Source: Octopus sinensis (lineage: Eukaryota). From it: DNA of 64,000 nt. The notes beneath the pieces are model-generated. The model searched no databases. It worked only from the letters and a program-made list of their open reading frames with translations, and had not been told where the DNA came from. The position numbers were made by a program, and so were the translations under genes. Of this stretch, positions 54,371 to 64,000 are shown one piece after another. The DNA lies in the NCBI RefSeq assembly GCF_006345805.1, contig NC_043002.1:36704001-36768000 (forward strand), given 5' to 3'. The stretch's first letter is position 1; each line of letters opens with the position of its first letter.

Positions 54371-54946
54371 TGAAATTTGACTGCAAATGATTTTAGTTTT
54401 AAATGGAGAAAAAAGTATTAATAATAACTGAAAAACATTTAATTTAGAGAGACACTTGCAATAAACTCCAGTTTGACAGAAATCAAATAAGGACATAAAA
54501 TGTCTTCATTAAGTTCAAAAGAAACGGTATTAAAAGAAAAGAAAGTGAAGAAATTTCAGACAAATAACTTGAACCAAAATAAACTGGGAAATAATGGAGT
54601 AAGTGGGAGTGAAAAGAAAAAGAAAATACTTTATAGAATCTAATACACTTTATGAATTTATGAATTTTTAGATTTTTCAAGAGATCAAAAAAAAAAAGTA
54701 AGGTATCAAAAATATATACGCAAAGTACACAGCACCTCTTCTGCTTTCTCTTTCTCTCACATACACGTATGTATGTTCTCACACAAAGATGTCCACATGT
54801 ATATGTATAGAATGATACATAGAAAGACCGTGTAAATTCTGTTTATCAATGAAAAATATTGATATTTATTCAAGTCACCACTCACATGCATATACCTATC
54901 TATGTATTGTATGTGTATGTGTGTGATTGTGTTGGTGTGTGTGAGA

Positions 54947-54947
<1 letters not shown>

Positions 54948-54998
<51 letters not shown>

Positions 54999-55023
54999 GT
55001 CTATCTATCTGTCTATCTGTCTG

Positions 55024-55088
<65 letters not shown>

Positions 55089-55125
55089 TTGTATGTATGT
55101 ATTTATGTGTGTGTATATATATATA

Positions 55126-55160
<35 letters not shown>

Positions 55161-55332
55161 TACACAAACACATCATTTAATCTCCCTCATCTCTGAGCAC
55201 AATGAAAAAAGTAAAAAAACTCTTGATGAGCTTGAAAAGAAAGTTGAAACTAATTGAATTGTTCTTCAGGCCACACTACAGAGAGAGAGAGAGAGAGAGA
55301 GAGGGAGAAAGAGAAAGAGAGAGAGAGAGAGG

Positions 55333-55390
<58 letters not shown>
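54948..55390. repeat. (TCTA)n, (TA)n and (GA)n microsatellite cluster
   Basis: Direct inspection. Confidence 0.9.
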
Positions 55391-55577
55391 CAGTGGTTAA
55401 ACTATAGGGTCTATTTGCATAGCGAAGTTAAATGTATGCTTATTAAAAGCACACAGGTAAATTAAAATTAATATCTATATATATTTAGCATATATACACA
55501 AAATGGCAAGGATCAAGATAAAGATGCATACACTGCAAAATATCACATCGAAAGACTTTCACATTTTCGTGTACAAG

Positions 55578-56220
55578 ATCATCATCACTATCATCATTTT
55601 CCGTGCTGGCATGGGTTGGACGGTTTGATGGTTGTTTTGGCATGGTTTCTACACCTGGATGCTCTTCCTAATGCCAGCCACTTTACAGAGTGTACTGGAT
55701 GCTTTTTTACAAGGCCACTGAAAACCTTGCAAAGCAAAAAGCTTTTTAACTGGGAGGGAAGAGTAGTATTGTTGGGGTGTGGCTTTGTGCCAGTTGAGGG
55801 ATTTAAGGTAATGAAGGGATAGATAGAGGTGTCTTGCTGTAGAGTAGGTACATAGACACCCAAGTTGGAAAAGGAAGGCGAGTGAGTTAGAAATTAAGAT
55901 AAAGAGCGTGACAGTAAGAGAGAGATGATGGTGGAGATGTGTTGGGACATGGCCTCAAGGAACGGTGAGAATAGATGAGGTGATATAACGGCTTGGGGTG
56001 GGTGAGTGGGTGTTGATGATGAAGAACAATACAAGAGAGGAAGAGAAGGCACAGAAAGGAGGTGATTGGTGGAGACAGTAGGCTGAGGGAAAAAGGTAAC
56101 TGAGAAAGCCAGTGTGTGTAGTATGTACCTTTTCTGTTCTCAGGTGATAGAGGAAGTGTTAGGCGTTAGGGGATAAAATGTATGGGGGGGTAGGAGGTTG
56201 AAGGGTCAGAGAGGTTGGAG
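55578..56220 (-). mobile_element. RTE-tail non-autonomous element
   Basis: (ATC)n tail followed by the reverse complement of the RTE 3' UTR (catgggttggacgg...gctcttcctaatgccagccac). The 5' boundary is uncertain. Confidence 0.65.
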
Positions 56221-56300
56221 GTAAGCATCACCAAAAATACATGTACACATGTTTAATTTGATCCTCATCATTTAGTTTTCTTTCTTTCTTTCGTTCTTTC

Positions 56301-56394
<94 letters not shown>

Positions 56395-56864
56395 TCTAAA
56401 TGACGCTTGCCCCAAAACTAATGCAAGAGCAGACACATTTTATATTAACCAACATAAATCATTCAAATTGCACATGTTGGTAGAGTAACTCTATAATGAT
56501 TCTTAGTGACAATAATAATATAGTCACTGGCTCAGGAAGGAAATTTGCTTAAGGCATGCAAACTCAGGTCCAAAAACTTTTACAAATAAGGTTGTGTTAT
56601 TTTTATTTATTTATGTTCTTTGTTCTTTGAGAAGAAACCTAATTCAAACTACTTTTTACAGATCACTTTTTACACACACTGTTTTCTAAACATGAGAAAA
56701 ATAAGTAGGGGTGTAAATTTTGATGTTGCACCCCACAAAAGTTTTGGAGGGTGCAAGTGCACCCCTTGTACCCACTGTTCCTGGGCCCATGAATATAGTA
56801 ATATAATAATTCTTTTGTAATTCTTTATAGTAATTCTTCTTCTTGTTCCTTTTCATTGCAGGCA

Positions 56865-57250
56865 AATAATAAGTTCAAAGCATAAGCAGTGTGCTGCCAT
56901 TGAATTCTTGATGAATGAGGGATGCACACTCTTTGACATTGTAAAAAGCTACAGAGTGTTTTTCAAGATGACACCATTGATAAGAACTATCTGCACTGAC
57001 AGATGAAGAAGTTTAATAAATGAAACTAGCATCGAAGACAAACCATGCAGAGGGTGACCATTAAATGCAACTACTAGCATGAATCACCAGAGAATAAACA
57101 AATTGATTTTTGTGTACAGATGAGTTACAATCTGAAAGGTTGCTGCATAAATGGACTGTGGCTACAATGTGTTACAAAAGGTAATAGAAGACTTTGGGTA
57201 TCAGAAAAGGTGTGCAAAGAGAGTACTGCCATAGTTTGATACCTGATTTG
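56865..57250 (+). mobile_element. Decayed mariner (Tc1/mariner) transposase N-terminus
   Basis: Hand translation with stops and frameshifts: KQCAAIEFL..EG, DDTID, ETSIEDKPCRG*P, YR*VTI, EDFGYQK-CA. Corresponds to the mariner HTH, EDxPRSGRP and LGYRKVCARWVP motifs. Confidence 0.75.
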
Positions 57251-57842
57251 AAGAAAAGAGGGAATGATACAATTATTCTTGCTGTGTCAAGATGTCCTTG
57301 CAGATAAAAGAATGACAGAAATATTGTTGTGAGACTAATTCCCAAGACATTACTAACATCGGTGCTACTCATCAGATGATGCTAAAATCATTGTGGCTTA
57401 CATGTCTCATATTATAAGCTATATTTGCATACTTGTGTCAATACTGTTGTTTAAACTTAAGTCAGGATTAACTGAGCACTCATGACGATTCTGTTTCATT
57501 TCTTTTACTTAAATAATATCTAGGACTACATTATTTTGATGTGTATTTTCCATTTTTGAATAATAAGATGCAATTTCAGGAAGATTTGGTTATTACGTGT
57601 AGCACAAGCAACCACATGGATGCTTCCTCCTTCGGCTGTGTATGTTTATGTATTGTGTGCATGTATGTGTTTGACCATATGTAGATATATACATAAAGAG
57701 TTATGTAACGTTATATAAAGGGACAGAAATAAATGTATATTCTTAACTGGACTTTTGCTGGAAGATAATTGAAATACTCTATTACTACTATGAATAAATA
57801 TGCTGTCATTATTTTCGAAAAAGCTATATTAAATAAATTTAC

Positions 57843-58009
57843 AATAGGTGTAGGAGTGGCTGTGTGGTAAGTAGCTTGCTTACCAACCACATGGTTCCGG
57901 GTTCAGTCCTACTGCATGGCACCTTGGGCAAGTGTCTTCTACTATAGCCTTGGGCCGACCAAAGCCTTGTGAGTAGATTTCGTACACGGAAACTGAAAGA
58001 AGCCCATCG

Positions 58010-58069
<60 letters not shown>

Positions 58070-58315
58070 CTGTGTCACTGTGTCTGTGTGTGTGTGTGTA
58101 TATGTTTGTGTGTCTGTGTTTGTCCTCCCAATATCGCTTGACAACCGATGCTGGTGTGTTTACGTCCCCATAACTTAGCGGTTCGGCAAAAGAGACCGAT
58201 AGAATAAGTACTAGGCTTACAAAGAATAAGTCCTGGGGTCGATTTGCTCGACTAAAGGCGGTGCTCCAGCATGGCCACAGTCAAATGACTGAAACAAGTA
58301 AAAGACTAAAGAGTA
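57843..58315 (+). mobile_element. SINE family A, full length, internal (TA)n(TG)n
   Basis: tRNA-like head, ccttgggcaagtgtcttct core, taaaagactaaagag tail. Confidence 0.92.
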
Positions 58316-59315
58316 ATAGGTAATCTTTGTATGCAACTTAGCATGGATGTCTTGTTAGAACACCCAAAATTGCATTATTAGGCTTGAGAGATCCTATCAT
58401 ATAGGTCCTTGGTACATGAAAGCACATACATAGTTCATAGTGGACAGAATTATCTGTCATGGGCACTGGAATTCCCATATAAAGTGATTTCCTTCTATTG
58501 GAAAACATCAGTGAGAAGCATGCAGTTACCACATGCCAGTCAAATCTTGCTGCTATGGTATATAGAAAAACGGAATATTTTCAGACACTGATGTTGCAAA
58601 TAGCCATCAAATATTAATATAAAGCTTTAGAAATATATTAATCCAGTGTCTCATAAAGAAATGTTACGTTTGTGTTTGTTAAGATAACATTTTTGTTATT
58701 TTAATTCGTTTTTGCTGTTTTAATTTCCTTTTTTTTTGTCTGGCATTTGTTGCACAATAATAATTTTAAAGTTTAATTTTTATTTGTAAATAGAAACTGG
58801 AATATTCAGAATATCCTAGAAATTGTTACTTGCATGCTATAAAATGCTAGTTAATTAATGAAATCAAATAGAATAAAATTTTATCTACCAAACAAAGCAG
58901 ATCTGTTGTCTGATAAAAAAACGGCAAACTCACTTGACAGAGTTAAGAGAACAGTATATTATATTATAAAACATTTATAAAGAAATTAGAGCTACTACAG
59001 TAAAAGCTAAGATCAGCAAAACTATTTATTCAAATAATTAGTGAAATAATTTCACTGTGCATTCAATGAAAATCAAAGAATGATAAATTAAATGGTTTCA
59101 GATTTTAGAAATTAGTTAAATATTAATTTAGCACTTTCATCTAAAAGTAGATATTTGTCTTGAAATAGTTCAGTCTAAAATAATTGTAAACAAATATATA
59201 AAAATCTCAAAAAAGTAAGATTCTTTAGAAAAACTACTTTGATGAATTATTTCTGACAGTTGATTCTAAAATTGACTTTTTAAATTCAGGCTCACACATA
59301 CACACATGTATATAC

Positions 59316-59347
<32 letters not shown>

Positions 59348-60098
59348 TGAATATATATATGTATATATATATATATGTATCTAAATTTGCCATATATTGT
59401 GCCTGTAATGGTGTGAACTTGCTGGCCATCTTATTTATTACCTTATTAATATTATTAATAATGGTAATAATACATCTTTATTTAAAGTTTACTCTTGCTC
59501 ATGATAGTTTTCTTTTAAATGGAGTGGGATGTTTAAAGTAAGGAACGCACACGAGCTAATGTAGGGAATATTCTAGAAACAGATGTACTAGGCTTACAAA
59601 GAATAGGGTTGAACACTTAGAAGTATGTAGATGGTCTTTAAGACCAAGGATGTGGCAAAGCAAAAGGTGGAGTTGGAGCACTGCATAACTGCCAAGACTG
59701 CTGCCATGATATATAAGGAGATGCAAAACAAGGATCACTGCCAAGCACTTCTTATCTCCTACTTTCATGTCAACTTTTTCAGTTGCACTTGAAATTAAGG
59801 GCGAAGTGGGAGAGGAAGATGATGTCCCCCCCCCCCAAAAAAAAAAAAATTGAGGAAAAGTCGGTACAAGTGGAGAAACTGATAAATGTAATAAGATCAA
59901 TTCTCGAATTTTGCCTGGAGATTCCAGTTAGAAGACAATGACTATTCTGCATGCAAATTGATCTGGGTCTTGATCCCCCATGGTTGGCAGATCTTACTCT
60001 TTCATGGGTACTTTGGTTTCTTTTTGTTACCATTATAAATTTTTAATTTGTTATTCATGTTGTATTACATTTTCAACACTGCTATCCTTTTATTGTCT

Positions 60099-60435
60099 AC
60101 ATGGTTTCGGGTTCAGTTCCACTACCTGGCACCTTGGACAAGTGTTTTTTTTTATAGCCTCAGGCTGACCAAAGCCTTGTGAGTGGATATGGTAGATGGA
60201 AACTGAAAGAAGCCTGTTGTATATATATATATTTGTGTGTGCATCTTTATGTCTGTGTTTTCGTCCCCTCCACCATCACTTGACAACTTAGCAGTTCAGC
60301 AAAATAGACTGATAGAATAAGTACTAGGTTTACAGAGAATAAGTTCTGGGGTTGATTTGTTGGACCAAAATCGGTGCTCCAGCATGGCTGCAGTCAAGTG
60401 ACTGGAACAGGTAAAAGAATAGAAGAATAAAAGAA
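60099..60435 (+). mobile_element. SINE family A, 5'-truncated
   Basis: Same motifs. Confidence 0.85.
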
Positions 60436-60700
60436 TATATCTCAACATGTCAATTTGCAATGATTTTGACATGAAATGGTTTACATATTGTGGAATGGAC
60501 ACCTGTAGCTAGCCTATATTGATAACATGTTAAACCTATAAAGATCAATGCGAATATTATTTATGTATAAAGGAATCAGTTATATTATTCACAAGGTGGT
60601 GAGCTGGCAGAAAAGGTTAGTGCACCGCGTGTAATGCTTAGCGGTACTTTGTCTGGCTTTACATTTGGAGACTGTCAGAACAATGTATATATATATATAT

Positions 60701-60744
<44 letters not shown>

Positions 60745-61018
60745 TTGTGTAACATTGTCCATTTTTTTCCATCCTTGTTAACGGCGGTGCATCAGCATGG
60801 CTGCAGCTCTGAGCTGATACTACAGAAAAAAAACATACTAACAACCATACATACACCAAAATACCATACACACAATATATATGTACATAATATATCAATT
60901 CAGTTTGGGAAAGAACCTTATAGTCTGCTTTATTAAACTTATCAATGAGTATTAGTTACTAAGTGCTCTTTCACAATTGAAACTGATTTTAATATATATA
61001 TATGTATATATATATATG

Positions 61019-61538
<520 letters not shown>

Positions 61539-61744
61539 TGATATATAGTGAGATTTTATAAAAAAAAAAAGATGAAGATAGGTGTGTAAATAACAAACAA
61601 ATGTATTAGTTTAACACTCAGGAAGTGAGAAAGTCTTTTACATTTCGAACCTACACTCTTTGACAGAAAGGAAAACAGAAATAAACAGGGAGAGAAAATA
61701 GGAAAAGGTTTATATATACACACACATATATATATATATGTATG

Positions 61745-61810
<66 letters not shown>

Positions 61811-62255
61811 TACATATAAATACATACATGCAATATATATATATATATATATATATACGTACATATGTATATGGAGTTATAATTGAAAGTGTTTCCAAAA
61901 CATGCAGCAGAATTTGTTTATTTAGGGAAAGCTGAAGATTCTCTCAGTTGTTCCTTGGTGTTTCCTATTATGTGCAATTGTCCAAGGAATTCTTAGTAGC
62001 AACAGAATGAGCCATCAGCATACATTCACACATATCCCCATCATACACATATACATGTATGTGAGTGTGCACATATCCATATTTGTATGCGTGTGGGTGG
62101 GTATAAATACACATGTAGATATATATGTATAGGTGTGTATGTGCATGTGCATGTGTGTGTATGTGTGTATGTGCATGTGTATATAAATGTGTGTATGCAT
62201 TATATGTATATATGTATGTGTATATATATATGTGTGTATATATATATATATAATA

Positions 62256-62297
<42 letters not shown>

Positions 62298-62960
62298 TAT
62301 CTATATCTATATATATATATATATATACCTTCTATGGTTTCTGCTGTCTATTGTATAACTATTATTATTTAATCTATAGCCACATTTTGCTTTTGTCCAT
62401 AGGTGAGCAAGCATCTGTTGTATAAATAGTTGGTTCATAGAATTTTGGGAAGTCCCACAGTTTCGGCTTTTATTACAATAAATCCTGCTTCAGTCTAATA
62501 TTATTTATTAATTCCTTCTGTAATATATGGCATCAAAGGTTCCTCTTATTTACCTATAGTTATTCCAGTTCTATATTTGACAACAAACTCTAACTGCATT
62601 ATACAATGAAGTTTTTCTTCAGTATGTCTTTTGTATTATACCTTTGTGGATCATGCTTTTTTTATATACCTTTATTGGAAGGATGTTTCCATTTTGATAG
62701 ACAGAAATAGAAGTATTGTCATAGTTGCAAACATGGCTGTGTGCTGAAGAAGTCTGTTTTGTATGCAGATGTTTCAAAGTTCAGTCCCTCTGCACAGGGC
62801 TTTTTATTGTTGCCTTCTACCTCAGGGTGGATCAAAGCCTAGTAAAATAAATTTGGTTGATGGAAATCATGTCAAAGTCTTTGATATATATATATGTATA
62901 ACTTTACATAGGCCTACACACACACATAAACACGCACACATACACACACATGCATATATG

Positions 62961-63865
62961 CTCGCAGAACACCTCAAAGACATCCGACTCAGCAACGAGA
63001 CCCTGGTCTCAAGCCATTTCCCTCTACCGGTCACTCGTTACAACACGTCTGTGTTTGGATCGTCTTTGCACATGGGCCATCTGGACCCCCGTCTTTGCCA
63101 TGAGCAGGGATTAATCTTCTCTCTTCACTCCCTTGCACCACATGGGCTCAACTATCCTCCCCTCTTCATCTAATCCCCCCTCTCTCCTCTCTTCCTTTCA
63201 CACCTACTTCCTCCCACCCATCTCTCCTCTCTTGCTCTGGCACCTACTTCCTCTCATCACACCTACCCACCTTCTCCATTCCACCCTTTCCCTTCATCGT
63301 CACCCCTCCCTTGTTACCCCACCCTACACATTCCAACCCCACCATCCCTATACATCTCATCTCGTCCGCACCCCATCCCTTAAACCCCACCCTTGCTTCC
63401 CCCAATCTCGCCTTCCCCACACCCCAACACCACCACAACACACCACACACCACACCCCATCACACCACCCCACACACACTAGCACTGACCACTTTCCAGC
63501 ACCTACACCATCATCCACACACCTACACATGCACACGTCAATGCCACCAGCCCCCTACTGTATGCACATACATGCTCTCACATACACACGCATGTGCACC
63601 TTCGTTTTGGGATCACCACTACTTTATTATCTCCCCTTCTTCCTAGCTCTCTTGTGTAACCCCTCTGCCTGGCATTTGCCATGATAGATCGCTAGCCACT
63701 ATACCTTTTTCTATTTTCTCTCCCTGTTTATTTCTGTGTTCCTTTCTGTCGAAGAGCGTAGGCTCAAAATGTAAAAGACTTTCTCACTTCCCAAGTGTTA
63801 AACTAATATATCTGTTTGTTGTTTACACACCTGTTCATCTTTTGTTTTTTTGTAAATTCTCACTA
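62961..63865 (+). mobile_element. Penelope-like element remnant (GIY-YIG endonuclease C-terminus plus terminal repeat region)
   Basis: LAEHLKDIRL..HF..EQGLIFSLHSLAPHGLN resembles PLE endonuclease C-termini. It is followed by a terminus also present at about 10915-11030, 38190-38370 (-) and 61560-61715 (-). Confidence 0.72.
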
Positions 63866-63948
63866 ATTTATGGGGATGTAAACACATGAACACCAATTAT
63901 CAAGCTGTGATGGAGGGACAAACACAGACACAAACACACACACACACA

Positions 63949-63986
<38 letters not shown>

Positions 63987-64000
63987 TACACACACATACA

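Noticed and set aside
58338-58560. Possible phase 1-1 exon (ARFDWHVVTACF..HYEL|gtatgt)
   Set aside because: No Cav3 similarity, and its phase does not fit the phase-0 start of exon 47163.
63133-63684. 183-aa Pro/His/Thr-rich ORF
   Set aside because: Low-complexity C/A-rich tract within the Penelope remnant.

Overview
AT-rich, microsatellite- and SINE-dense eukaryotic genomic DNA. The repeat families look like those of Octopus (inferred from recognising the repeats, not from a search). The window is the middle of one large minus-strand gene, a T-type voltage-gated calcium channel alpha1 subunit (Cav3, CACNA1G/H/I orthologue). I reconstructed 8 consecutive GT-AG exons by hand (47163 down to 11539; 1006 nt, 335 codons plus 1 nt, frame continuous, no stops). 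They encode the end of the II-III linker, all of domain III (S1-S6, turret, SKDGW pore) and the start of the III-IV linker. The ORF track shows only the tail of one exon in the right frame. I found no domain IV exon below 11300 and no recognisable II-III linker exon above 47163. The introns hold tRNA-derived SINEs, RTE, R4/Dong and Penelope fragments, a mariner relic, a Helitron-like element, several large foldback elements and long microsatellites. Best leads: (1) two closely spaced, in-frame candidate cassette exons directly after the III-IV linker exon, a known Cav3 splicing hot spot; (2) long intronic hairpins, including a pair of competing ones, that could be ADAR substrates; (3) a PHD-type finger inside an RTE reverse transcriptase and a triple C2H2 RTE tail; (4) minimal hammerhead-like motifs. 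Repeat boundaries are approximate and read by eye. Exon boundaries were counted base by base.
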